From a virus (lineage: Duplodnaviria; Heunggongvirae; Uroviricota; Caudoviricetes), in the IMG/VR virus record IMGVR_UViG_3300035494_000066: a stretch of 64,000 bases of DNA; one strand, written 5' to 3'. Below are positions 53,210 to 62,869 of this stretch, piece after piece; the stretch's first letter is position 1, and the number at the start of each line of letters is the position of its first letter. Under the pieces are notes generated by a model, which was not told the DNA's origin, did no database searches, and was given only the letters and a program-made list of their open reading frames with translations. A program made the translations under genes and the position numbers.

Positions 53210-54595
53210 ATGAGCGATTACTCAAATGCAGCAGATAATGCTAGGAAACAATTACAAACTGTCAGTGATACCTTTTGTCTTGCTAAATGGAAGCAAGTGA
53301 GCTTGCACTTACCGACTGGTTTTAACAACAGCTGTTACCACCCTCCGCTACATAAGATTCCTATCACCGAAATCGAAGCAGATCCTAGTGCATTGCACAA
53401 TACTTCGTTTAAAAAATTACGTCGAAAAGAAATGCTCGACGGTGTGCGTTGCGAAGAGTGCAAGTATTGCTGGGATATCGAAGACACTGGTAATATGTCA
53501 GATCGGCATTATCGATCTGGTGAGCCATGGGCAATGGAATCATTTGACCAAGTTGTGTCTGCAGACTGGGATGCTAATGTTAATCCTAGCTATGTAGAAG
53601 TGAATTTCAGTCACGGGTGCAACCTCGCGTGTAGCTACTGCAGTCCGCAATTCAGCACCACGTGGAAAAAAGAAATAGATCAGTACGGGGCATATCCTAC
53701 TACAGTTCCGCACAATGCGCCCGAGTACTTTAACGGAGACAGACGTAACATACCAGTCCGCGAATATAATCCGTATGTTGATGCTTTTTGGAAATGGTGG
53801 CCCGAACTATATCCTGAGCTTAAACACTTTAGGATGACAGGCGGTGAGCCATTAATGGACAAAAACACGTATCGGGTGTTTGACTGGATTCTAGATAACC
53901 CGAAGCCGGATTTACATTTGAATGTAACTAGTAACTTCAGCGTAGAACCTCAGCTCTTTGAGAAATACATCAGCTATGCTAAGCAGCTATGCAGCATCGA
54001 CGATATAAAACTAGAACACTTTATGCAGTTTGTTAGTATAGATTCGTGGGGATCTCAAGCCGAGTATATACGGGGCGGCTTAGACTTTGATCGACTAAAG
54101 AATAATGTGGAGCGCTTTCTTGACGAAGTCCCGTACCGCAGTAGCATCACGTTTATTGTTACTATGAATAACCTTAATGTGTTTGGATTGCCAAAATTAC
54201 TCGAGTGGATATACGAGTTGCGCGGCAAGTATAGTAAGACTTATCAGAGAATATGGATAGATTTCCCGCTGCTGAAGTTTCCGGCGTGGCAATCACTCGA
54301 TTACATGCCAGACTCGGTTGCATGGTATTTGCAAAATACAATCGATACAGTAGTTAAACCTCGTCTCGAACAAGGAGATGAAGGGCATTTCCAGTTCTTT
54401 AAGGATTTCGAACTTGCTAAGCTACAACGAGATGTTGACTGGATGAAGTCTTCTGTGTTATCATTAAATGAAGTATCTCAGCGCAAACGTGATTTCTATA
54501 AGTTCTTTAGCGAGTACGACAAACGCCGCGGCTATAACTTTGAAACAATGTTTCCTGAGCTGCAAACTTTTTGGGAGGATTGTAAGAAAAGTTGA
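53210..54595 (+). CDS. Radical SAM protein 1 (N-terminal Cys-rich twitch/SPASM-like domain)
   Basis: CNLACSYC and TGGEP; N-terminal FCLAKW...SCYHP...ECKYCW. Confidence 0.92.
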   Translation: MSDYSNAADNARKQLQTVSDTFCLAKWKQVSLHLPTGFNNSCYHPPLHKIPITEIEADPSALHNTSFKKLRRKEMLDGVRCEECKYCWDIEDTGNMSDRHYRSGEPWAMESFDQVVSADWDANVNPSYVEVNFSHGCNLACSYCSPQFSTTWKKEIDQYGAYPTTVPHNAPEYFNGDRRNIPVREYNPYVDAFWKWWPELYPELKHFRMTGGEPLMDKNTYRVFDWILDNPKPDLHLNVTSNFSVEPQLFEKYISYAKQLCSIDDIKLEHFMQFVSIDSWGSQAEYIRGGLDFDRLKNNVERFLDEVPYRSSITFIVTMNNLNVFGLPKLLEWIYELRGKYSKTYQRIWIDFPLLKFPAWQSLDYMPDSVAWYLQNTIDTVVKPRLEQGDEGHFQFFKDFELAKLQRDVDWMKSSVLSLNEVSQRKRDFYKFFSEYDKRRGYNFETMFPELQTFWEDCKKS

Positions 54596-55632
54596 AAAAC
54601 ATTCACAACTGGCCTTTGTGGCACTGGCATATAGAAGTAAGTAGTAAGTGCACACTTAAATGTCCATTATGTCCTCGTGTTGAATTAAAAGATAGTCTAG
54701 TCCAAACCGAGCTGTCGTTGGATTTTTTTACAGATAACTTTACCAACGAAGTGCTAGATAACGTACACCGTATTTCATTCTGCGGCGACGATGGCGACCC
54801 GATATATGCTACTGATTTCCTAGATATCATAGCATACTTAAAGTTAGTTAAACCTGAGCTCTCGATACAAATTGTCACAAACGGTAGTTATAAAAAGCCA
54901 GACTGGTGGGCTAAGTTAGGACGCACACTCAATCATCATGATGAGATTCACTGGAGTATCGACGGGTACTCTCATGAATCGAACGAAATATATCGAGTAA
55001 ATTCAAACTTTGAAAGTATATTAACAGGCATTAAGTCTTGCAATACCACTGCCCTTAAAACTTGGGCAGCTATCTATTTTAAGTTTAACGAATCTAAGAT
55101 TGATCAAATTGTTAATATAGCAGCTAGCTCTGGCTTAGATCGAGTACAGTTAACTAAAAGTACTAAATTCGGGTATTTTTATCCGAATTTACAGAACAGC
55201 TTAAACCAACAATTAGAACCAACTGATAAGAACTTAATTAGTACAACCGGTAGGTTTGAGCGAAACATAATTCATTTAACTCCGCGGTCAACATCGTTTA
55301 ATGTAAATAACACACATGCAATATTAAAGTATCACGATGTTCTGAAATCTCGCTCTGGTGAGAATATAATCCCGTTATGTTTAATTGGTACTAAAGGTCT
55401 GTATATTAACAGTCAAGGGTATTTTGTGCCGTGCTGTTGGGTCGCAAATAGATACGAACCTAATTATCAAGATTTTTTAAAATCTGAATTTAACATTAAA
55501 GAACGTGGGATAGAAGCAGTTATAAACTCACCGCTTTGGGCAGAATTTTTTAATTCGATGTCAACAAATAAACAGTGTAACGAAAAATGTCACCGGCGGA
55601 ATATTTCAGAGCGATACATAACTGATTGGTAA
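54592..55632 (+). CDS. Radical SAM protein 2 (C-terminal twitch/SPASM domain)
   Basis: CTLKCPLC, GDDGDP and TNG; C-terminal C......LYI...G...PCC...C..KC. TTG start overlapping the previous stop. Confidence 0.9.
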   Translation: MKNIHNWPLWHWHIEVSSKCTLKCPLCPRVELKDSLVQTELSLDFFTDNFTNEVLDNVHRISFCGDDGDPIYATDFLDIIAYLKLVKPELSIQIVTNGSYKKPDWWAKLGRTLNHHDEIHWSIDGYSHESNEIYRVNSNFESILTGIKSCNTTALKTWAAIYFKFNESKIDQIVNIAASSGLDRVQLTKSTKFGYFYPNLQNSLNQQLEPTDKNLISTTGRFERNIIHLTPRSTSFNVNNTHAILKYHDVLKSRSGENIIPLCLIGTKGLYINSQGYFVPCCWVANRYEPNYQDFLKSEFNIKERGIEAVINSPLWAEFFNSMSTNKQCNEKCHRRNISERYITDW

Positions 55633-55636
55633 TTCA

Positions 55637-56968
55637 ATGAATAAAGATTTACACTATATACCAGATGATCAATTTTTAAACTATATTAAAGAAGAAACAG
55701 GTAGCAATTCGTTTTGCTTAGCAAAATGGTATAACGCTACTATTTGGCTCGGGTCGGGCATGACAACCAGCTGTCACCACCCGCTTCCGCATTTTGTCCC
55801 GCCAGAGGACGCAATAAAAAACCCGAAAGCGATTCATAACACTGCACAGAAAAAGCAAGAACGTCTCATGATGCAGCGCGGCGAACGTCCGAGCGGCTGC
55901 GACTATTGCTGGAAGATCGAAGACATGCCGGGCGATAATGTCAGTGATCGTGTGTATAAAACAAAGATTTATAGCAAAGACGATTTGATTATTGCAAAAG
56001 ATACTAATAGCCAACTCGATGTGGATCTCAGGACTCTAGAGATTGCGTTCGATCGGACATGCAACTTGGCTTGCAGCTATTGCAATCCGGCATTTAGTAC
56101 ATCTTGGGTCAAAGACATAAAAACAAACGGACCGTATACTAACTTAATCAGCGACGGTCGAAATCATTTTACGCACACACACGATTCTGCACAGAGGTAT
56201 GCACGTGACGAAACTAACCCGTATGTAGAAGCGTTTTTTAAGTGGTGGGACAGTGACTTAAAAGATACTCTCAGCGAGTTGCGAATTACAGGAGGAGAAC
56301 CACTTGCTAGTGACCATATATGGCGATTGTTAGACAACTGGGATAGCAATACACCGACACGACTAGCAATTAATAGCAACTTATGTGTTAAAGATAGTTT
56401 AATTAATAAATTGTTAGATGCTGCAAAAAACATTAGCAACCTCGAAGTGTATACTAGTTGCGAAGCACTAGCAGCTAGATCCGAGTATATCCGAGACGGT
56501 TTTGTGTGGGAAGTCTGGTATTCAAATCTTATTAAGCTTCTCGAATCACCTGACGTTAAAGCTGTGCATATAATGTCAACTGTTAATGCACTGTGTATTG
56601 TAGATTTACCTGATTTTATTGAATTTGTTTGTCTGCTTAAGCAAAAGTACAGTAAACTAAATTTCACACTTAATATTTTGCGATTCCCTAGTTTTCAGAG
56701 TGTAAACGTGCTGCCTGAAAAAATTCGACTTGAGTATGCTATTCGACTTGATGCTGTAGTTGAATCACTAGCAACAGCGCTTTCGGGCATGGAGAAGAAC
56801 CAGATACAGAGGCTGTCTTCGTATTTGCGAAATGAATCTGGTTCCGGGCTTGAGTTAGGGAAAGAGCTACACGACTTTAAGAAGTTCTATGATCAATATG
56901 ACATCCGGCGAAACAAAGATTTTAGTAAAACCTTTGTGCAGTTAGCAGAGTGGTATTCTACCTTATGA
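55637..56968 (+). CDS. Radical SAM protein 3 (paralogue of protein 1)
   Basis: CNLACSYC and TGGEP; N-terminal FCLAKW...SCHHP...GCDYCW. Confidence 0.92.
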   Translation: MNKDLHYIPDDQFLNYIKEETGSNSFCLAKWYNATIWLGSGMTTSCHHPLPHFVPPEDAIKNPKAIHNTAQKKQERLMMQRGERPSGCDYCWKIEDMPGDNVSDRVYKTKIYSKDDLIIAKDTNSQLDVDLRTLEIAFDRTCNLACSYCNPAFSTSWVKDIKTNGPYTNLISDGRNHFTHTHDSAQRYARDETNPYVEAFFKWWDSDLKDTLSELRITGGEPLASDHIWRLLDNWDSNTPTRLAINSNLCVKDSLINKLLDAAKNISNLEVYTSCEALAARSEYIRDGFVWEVWYSNLIKLLESPDVKAVHIMSTVNALCIVDLPDFIEFVCLLKQKYSKLNFTLNILRFPSFQSVNVLPEKIRLEYAIRLDAVVESLATALSGMEKNQIQRLSSYLRNESGSGLELGKELHDFKKFYDQYDIRRNKDFSKTFVQLAEWYSTL

Positions 56969-58278
56969 CTAAGAAAGCAGATCAGATGAAAAAATACTAT
57001 AGAACTTACGATTATAGTAGTAGGAAGCCGGTGTTTGTAGAGCCGGATGATTTAACCGAACAGCAACGCCATCGGTTAATCGAAAGTGATGTTTTTTGCA
57101 TAATCCCATGGATTCATATCCACGGGTATCCTACAGGCGAAGCATACCCGTGTTGCTTATCTGATATGGACAAACCCATTGGAAATATGCGAGAGCACAC
57201 GCTAGAAGATATATGGAATGATGCTCCGCTCCGGAAAATGCGGACAAATATGCTAACTGAGAAACCATGCGGCGAGTGCACGAAGTGCTACGAACAAGAA
57301 GAAGCAGGGTTTTTTAGTATGCGCAACAGCAGTAACAAGCACTTTGGGCATCATATCGATATAGTCGACACTACCCACGACAACGGTAAGCTGCCGTCAT
57401 TTGAACTAAAGTACTGGGACATTCGATTTAACAATTTGTGTAACTTCAGATGTCGAACGTGCGGCGATATCTTTAGTAGCAACTGGGGCAAAGAAAAGCA
57501 ATCAATCGGTTGGCTAGATAAAAACATACCTATCATCCAATACGCAGGCCGGTCGAAATTAGACATCTGGGAGCAGATGGAAAAGCATCTTCCGTATGTT
57601 GAGCAAATTTATTTTGCCGGTGGCGAACCGTTAATTATGGAAGAACATTATCGTGTGCTCAAATGGTTAGTTGCAAACGAACGATTTGATGTTAAGTTAA
57701 TATACAATACAAACTTCAGTGAAACTAAGTATAAAGACTTAGACGTTTTTGAAATCTGGAAGCTGTTCGATAGTGTTAGTGTAGGTGCTAGCTTAGACGC
57801 ATCTGGAGATCGCGGCGAATACATGAGAAAAGGGCAAGACTGGACCCAGACTGAAAAAAACAGAGAGCGTATGCTGTCAGTTTGCCCTGATGTTGATTTT
57901 TATGTAAGCCCGACACTCAGTATAATGAACAGTCTGCACTTGCCCGATTTCCACCGCGATTGGATTTCAAAAGGCTTTTTAAAGCCGAGCGACCTAAATG
58001 TTAACATCTTGCAAAGCCCGGATTATTACAGAATTGACGTATTGCCTAAAACTGTTAAAGCAGAAGTTGAACAAAAGTACTTAGAGCATATAGAGTATAT
58101 AAAGCCGTTTGACAATCTAACCCGAGCAACTTCCGGTTTCTCTAGTGCTATAAACTTTATGACAAGTTCGGACAAGTCAGAATTATTACCGGCGTTTCAT
58201 AAGAATATTGAAAAGTTAGACCAAATCCGGTCAGAGGACTTCCTGACAGTATTTCCAGAATTCAAAGGCAAGCTATGA
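56965..58278 (+). CDS. Radical SAM protein 4
   Basis: CNFRCRTC and AGGEP; N-terminal FCIIPW...G.AYPCC...IGN...ECTKC. ATGA-coupled start at 56965. Confidence 0.92.
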   Translation: MTKKADQMKKYYRTYDYSSRKPVFVEPDDLTEQQRHRLIESDVFCIIPWIHIHGYPTGEAYPCCLSDMDKPIGNMREHTLEDIWNDAPLRKMRTNMLTEKPCGECTKCYEQEEAGFFSMRNSSNKHFGHHIDIVDTTHDNGKLPSFELKYWDIRFNNLCNFRCRTCGDIFSSNWGKEKQSIGWLDKNIPIIQYAGRSKLDIWEQMEKHLPYVEQIYFAGGEPLIMEEHYRVLKWLVANERFDVKLIYNTNFSETKYKDLDVFEIWKLFDSVSVGASLDASGDRGEYMRKGQDWTQTEKNRERMLSVCPDVDFYVSPTLSIMNSLHLPDFHRDWISKGFLKPSDLNVNILQSPDYYRIDVLPKTVKAEVEQKYLEHIEYIKPFDNLTRATSGFSSAINFMTSSDKSELLPAFHKNIEKLDQIRSEDFLTVFPEFKGKL

Positions 58279-59495
58279 AAGCCGACGACATATTAAAATC
58301 AAATTTGTGCATTTTGCCATGGGTGTCTGTTGAAGCTACACCCGTTGGCTCATACAGGCCGTGTTGTTTAGCACTTGACGAAATTACCGACGAGCTCGGT
58401 AATGTCCTTAAGGTGTCTGAGTCTACTATATCAGATGCCGTTAATAGTGAATCGATGAACAGGCTGCGTCGTGAGTTTGCACAAAACAATCGTCCAGAAA
58501 CATGTAATAGATGCTGGGCAGAAGAAGATGCGAACCGTACTAGTAAGCGCATCAATACGCTGAACAAGTTTAAGCATGAAATTGAGATGATTAATTTCGA
58601 AGCCGACGAAATACGTGATATATGGTTTTTGGATCTGAAGTTAGGTAATATCTGTAACTTAAAGTGCAGGATTTGTGGCAGCTGGTCGAGTAGCAAGTGG
58701 GCACAAGAAGAACTTAGCACAGTTGCATATAAAAATAAAAAGGATAACTTTTCGTATAAAATGCTTAAAGCAGGCAACTGGCCACGTGAATCTCAAAATT
58801 TCTGGAATAATGTAATCGACGTGCTACCTGACGTTAAGTATATCGAGTTTACTGGAGGTGAACCGTTTCTAATTGAAGAGCATTTTAATATTCTAAGATA
58901 CGCTGCAGAGCACGGATATGCAAAAAACATAAGTGTTCATTATAACACAAATGCAACAGTGTATCCTGAAGACATTCTTAAAACTATATGGCCCGAGTTT
59001 AAAGAGATTGAAATTGCATTTAGTGTAGATAACGTCGAAAGTAGATTCGAATACGAGCGGTACGGAGCCACGTGGGCTAAATCGTGTGAGAATATCAGTA
59101 AGATCAATGAAGCAAAAAAAGTATATCCCAATATTAAAACACAATTGTGCTTTACGATAAACTTTTTTAATTGTGCAAACATTCCGGAATTACTAGAATG
59201 GGCTGAAACTCAGTCATTTGATTATATCCACTGGAACATGTTACACGATCCGAGTATTTTCAACGTAAGTAAGCAGATTGATCCAGTTAAGGAGTATTTT
59301 ATTTCGGTACTAGCAAGCGCGAATATTGCAGAAAAATATCGTGCAGAAGTTGAGTCACTACAACAGTTTATTCGCAATGGTAAACCCATGCAAAGCACAC
59401 AAGAACTGTTAGAGAGGATCGATATGTCTGATAAGTATAGAAACCAGTCATTTAAAGACTTATACCCAGAGTTGTACAGTGCGTTAACTAAATGA
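58275..59495 (+). CDS. Radical SAM protein 5
   Basis: CNLKCRIC and TGGEP; N-terminal CILPW...G.YRPCC...CNRCW. Confidence 0.92.
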   Translation: MKADDILKSNLCILPWVSVEATPVGSYRPCCLALDEITDELGNVLKVSESTISDAVNSESMNRLRREFAQNNRPETCNRCWAEEDANRTSKRINTLNKFKHEIEMINFEADEIRDIWFLDLKLGNICNLKCRICGSWSSSKWAQEELSTVAYKNKKDNFSYKMLKAGNWPRESQNFWNNVIDVLPDVKYIEFTGGEPFLIEEHFNILRYAAEHGYAKNISVHYNTNATVYPEDILKTIWPEFKEIEIAFSVDNVESRFEYERYGATWAKSCENISKINEAKKVYPNIKTQLCFTINFFNCANIPELLEWAETQSFDYIHWNMLHDPSIFNVSKQIDPVKEYFISVLASANIAEKYRAEVESLQQFIRNGKPMQSTQELLERIDMSDKYRNQSFKDLYPELYSALTK

Positions 59496-60838
59496 AAAAA
59501 CCGATATCAAAACCTGAAGAAATGTGCTTAGCGCTGTGGGTGCATACTTACTTAAGTCCGCAAACTGAGCGTAGACTATGTTGTGCTAGCAGAGAACCTG
59601 CGCAAAGTTTTAAGCAGTACATCGATACAGACGAAGGGTCTGGGACATATAGTCCTGCAAGCTTAGACGAATTTTGGAATAGCGAATACGTCCGAAATAT
59701 TCGTCTGGAAATGATGGCAGGAAAGCTGCCATCAGCATGCGAAGTGTGCGATAAAAAGCTTCTTAACACAGATGTATACCGAGACTATTTTTGGCACTTG
59801 TTTAAACACAAGTACGACGAAGTGTGGGAGAGCACTGACGAAACTGGGTATACTTCGATGAAACCGGTTAGCTGGGATTACCGATTCTCTAATTTGTGCA
59901 ATTTCAAGTGTCGTCAGTGCGGCGATATGCTAAGCTCAAGCTGGGAGGCTGAAAGCCGCAAGCATAACAGAATAAACTGGAAAAACCCGCAGAATTCGTG
60001 GTTAGAAAGCGATACTCGCGCAGCAATTAAGCAGTTCCAAGAAACCCAAGTTGAACAAGAGTTTTCTGCAGCAGTTGAAGAACATCGCGTTGAAGAAGTT
60101 TATTGGGTCGGTGGCGAACCTTTAATGTACGACCAGCACTGGCAGTACATGCAGCGTATAGTTGAATTAGGAGACGGCCCGCGAGTTTACGCCAGATATA
60201 ATACAAACTTGAGCAAGATAGAATACCGCGGTGTTCATTTGTTTCGGGACATTCTGAGTAACATTCGCGACTGGCAAGTGTGTGCAAGCTTAGACGGTAC
60301 AGGGAAGATCGGTGAATACATTAGGACTGGATTAAACTACAACGAGTGGCTTTTGAACTTTAAAGAAGGTATGCAGTACCAATCAGTACCGAATCAAATG
60401 CGAATCGACTATACGATTACATTACCTGGTTTACTAGATGCGGTAAATATCTTTAACTTAAGCAAAGAATTAGATGTTCAGTTGTTAACAAAAGTTACAT
60501 TTACCTTTTCAGATGACGTTGCGATGAGTCCTTTACTCCTTCCGCGCGATGTATTATCTGCAGTAATTGACGACATTTTGCTACAGTGTAAAAACCCAAC
60601 TTGGAAGCAACAGAGCTTAATTGACACGTTAGTATCTCTTAAAACGCGGCCGACCACTGAAGAGATGTTTCCGGATACGTTTAAACAGGGCCGCGAACGC
60701 GCTAAGCTAAAAATACAACAACTCGAAACAATACGCGGCGACAAATTCACGTTTGCTGATATAATATCAGATAATCGATTAATTAAGGAGTGGTGGCATG
60801 ACATTGCCTCAAATAAAAGTTACATTGCGAAATGTTAA
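59492..60838 (+). CDS. Radical SAM protein 6
   Basis: CNFKCRQC and VGGEP; N-terminal MCLALW...RLCC...ACEVC. Confidence 0.92.
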   Translation: MKKPISKPEEMCLALWVHTYLSPQTERRLCCASREPAQSFKQYIDTDEGSGTYSPASLDEFWNSEYVRNIRLEMMAGKLPSACEVCDKKLLNTDVYRDYFWHLFKHKYDEVWESTDETGYTSMKPVSWDYRFSNLCNFKCRQCGDMLSSSWEAESRKHNRINWKNPQNSWLESDTRAAIKQFQETQVEQEFSAAVEEHRVEEVYWVGGEPLMYDQHWQYMQRIVELGDGPRVYARYNTNLSKIEYRGVHLFRDILSNIRDWQVCASLDGTGKIGEYIRTGLNYNEWLLNFKEGMQYQSVPNQMRIDYTITLPGLLDAVNIFNLSKELDVQLLTKVTFTFSDDVAMSPLLLPRDVLSAVIDDILLQCKNPTWKQQSLIDTLVSLKTRPTTEEMFPDTFKQGRERAKLKIQQLETIRGDKFTFADIISDNRLIKEWWHDIASNKSYIAKC

Positions 60839-61991
60839 AACATCGCAACTTCTAGATTATTATATTACTCCGGAAGATAACCAGCTAGCAGCAGATTGGA
60901 TTAATGCCCTTAAAGGGCTATTACAATCTAAGAATCCGATTGAAAAGAATTACTGCTTTCTCGGCTTTCCTACTAGTACGCGCACAGTAGAATATTTGTG
61001 CAACGAACTCAACCATTATGTTCATGTGGTTAATATGTTTAACGAAACAAACACATGGCAAGATAATGGGCTAGAACCGTATATTATCGACGAGTACTTT
61101 TGCGAAGACACTGTGCGGTTTAATGACACTTACCCAATTGGCCCAGGCGAATACAAGGACGGGATTAACTTAGGGCTGCGGATCAAGCATAGTACGTTGA
61201 ATCGGTTACATTTGCACTTCGAGAGGTTGCAAGGAACAGTTTGGCGCATGAGCGAATACTATAAGCTAGCTGACGCTGAGACAAAGTTTGCAATCCGTCA
61301 ACTTAACAATTTGTGTCATGAGCTCGAGGGCAAAATACTGTGCGATCGAAAATTTGCATACAATAAAGAATGGGTCAGACCTAGTCAGATTACTACATTC
61401 TTACACGCGCCGCGCTACGAGCTAACAGACGAACACAGAGTAGGATTTATCGAAAACGGTTACGATCGCGAATTTGGAGCAGTGTACATGCACTGGACTC
61501 AAATTGGTAAAACTCTTTTTGAAGTGTGGCGAGACGAAGGAGCCCCGGATTTAATCGTTGGCAACGATCCTACGGATATTTCAGCAAACGACGGAACAAC
61601 GTCAGAGGCAATTAATTCTCTGAAGTACTACAGTGGCGAGTTTGATGTCGAGTGGGCTAAGAGTGTTTGTTATAATGACCCAGACCAATTGTGGCACAAA
61701 GAATACCTAGACGAGTATTACAGTTGGTTAACCAAACACGGCGTTGATATCAATGAACCTAAATTAGGGTTAGGTTACCTTAAGATCGGATCTGTTGATC
61801 TTATTAAAAGTTTCGGAACTTCCGACATGTTTGAAATTTGGAATATGCTAGGCGATTACTTAGACATATACAAAATCAAAGTCGATGGTATATCAAGTGT
61901 ATACGAATACAGTTGGGCTGACGCAGATCATGTACAAAATCAAATTGAGTTCTTAAGGCCGGGATATGACTATTCTAGTAACAAACGGTGA
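60798..61991 (+). CDS. Hypothetical protein (397 aa)
   Basis: Long ORF with AAGGAG SD, overlapping its neighbours. LNRLH.HFE and LN..CHE.E His/Glu motifs; function unknown. Confidence 0.7.
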   Translation: MTLPQIKVTLRNVKTSQLLDYYITPEDNQLAADWINALKGLLQSKNPIEKNYCFLGFPTSTRTVEYLCNELNHYVHVVNMFNETNTWQDNGLEPYIIDEYFCEDTVRFNDTYPIGPGEYKDGINLGLRIKHSTLNRLHLHFERLQGTVWRMSEYYKLADAETKFAIRQLNNLCHELEGKILCDRKFAYNKEWVRPSQITTFLHAPRYELTDEHRVGFIENGYDREFGAVYMHWTQIGKTLFEVWRDEGAPDLIVGNDPTDISANDGTTSEAINSLKYYSGEFDVEWAKSVCYNDPDQLWHKEYLDEYYSWLTKHGVDINEPKLGLGYLKIGSVDLIKSFGTSDMFEIWNMLGDYLDIYKIKVDGISSVYEYSWADADHVQNQIEFLRPGYDYSSNKR

Positions 61992-62760
61992 CAGTTTTAC
62001 ATACGGTGCTGAGCTTAAAGACGATTTCCCGTCTCATAGTAGGTTTGCATGGCCTTCACTGGTTGCACACAAGATACACGCCGAGTTAATAAACGATGCT
62101 ATAAGCTCTTCGAGCAATAGTAGTATCACCCGGCGGACTATTAACAGAGTGACTAGTTTACTACGTAAAAATCCACCGTCGGACCTGCTAGTTGTTGTTA
62201 TGTGGTCGTTTCCGCAGCGATACGAAGTTAGGCTCAATTATGATTCAAGGACTCCGCAAACTCCGTGGTATGATGTATCACCATGGGATTCGTATACATC
62301 AATTGATGAAGTTTTGGGAAATTTTCTAAACAAAACGTCCAATCGAGCTATCATTGATTCGCACAAAGACCATATTAAGTTCTTAAAAAGATCCGGATTA
62401 GGTAGCTACATTAAAGAATTTAATATAAACATCGGATCGGAGTTTTGGGAGATTTATACATCCCTTAAAGAGATGCATTACTTACAAAGTTTTCTAGAAG
62501 CAAACAGTGTTGAATATGTTTTTACAGCATGTAGTTCGGATTTTTTAACAACAAGTGTCTTTAATTCTAGCGACGAGACTATCGAATCGTTAAAGTCAAT
62601 GATTAAATTCGATCGGTGGTGTTTATTCGACAACCTCGGATTCGTAGAGTGGGCTAAGCACAATAATTTTCCGTTTGGAACTACTCATCCATTGGAAGAT
62701 GCGCACATTGCTGCAGCTGATATACTTTGCAATTTTTTACAGGAGAACTATATTGATTAA
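61966..62760 (+). CDS. SGNH/GDSL-hydrolase-like protein
   Basis: N-terminal NGDSFTYG (block I Ser), SN..I.R and C-terminal HP..DAH. Confidence 0.75.
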   Translation: MTILVTNGDSFTYGAELKDDFPSHSRFAWPSLVAHKIHAELINDAISSSSNSSITRRTINRVTSLLRKNPPSDLLVVVMWSFPQRYEVRLNYDSRTPQTPWYDVSPWDSYTSIDEVLGNFLNKTSNRAIIDSHKDHIKFLKRSGLGSYIKEFNINIGSEFWEIYTSLKEMHYLQSFLEANSVEYVFTACSSDFLTTSVFNSSDETIESLKSMIKFDRWCLFDNLGFVEWAKHNNFPFGTTHPLEDAHIAAADILCNFLQENYID

Positions 62761-62869
62761 GTCAATCGTTGAGTGGGTTACTGCTATTAAAGACCGAATA
62801 AAGCTAGAAATACAATATCGAAAGCGTCTTAAAGAGATGCAAAAGAAGGACCCGCACATATACAAATGA
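62753..62869 (+). CDS. 38-aa peptide ending DPHIYK
   Basis: TTG 62753 with AGGAG SD (62741-62745); stop overlaps the carbamoyltransferase ATG (ATGA). Sequence MIKSIVEWVTAIKDRIKLEIQYRKRLKEMQKKDPHIYK. Confidence 0.65.
   Translation: MIKSIVEWVTAIKDRIKLEIQYRKRLKEMQKKDPHIYK

Noticed and set aside
53210-60838. RiPP, 7-deazaguanine (QueE), MoaA or anaerobic RNR-activase assignment for the radical-SAM genes
   Set aside because: No RRE/PqqD domain, protease, Que/Fol genes or glycyl-radical enzyme in the window; the neighbours are sugar-acting enzymes. The 38-aa peptide as a radical-SAM substrate is not strictly excluded.
50031-62752. ORF-track starts at 50031, 50239, 51925, 56950 and 62675
   Set aside because: Downstream starts (50070, ~50356, 52015, 56965, 62753) have SD sequences or stop-start coupling and avoid long overlaps.
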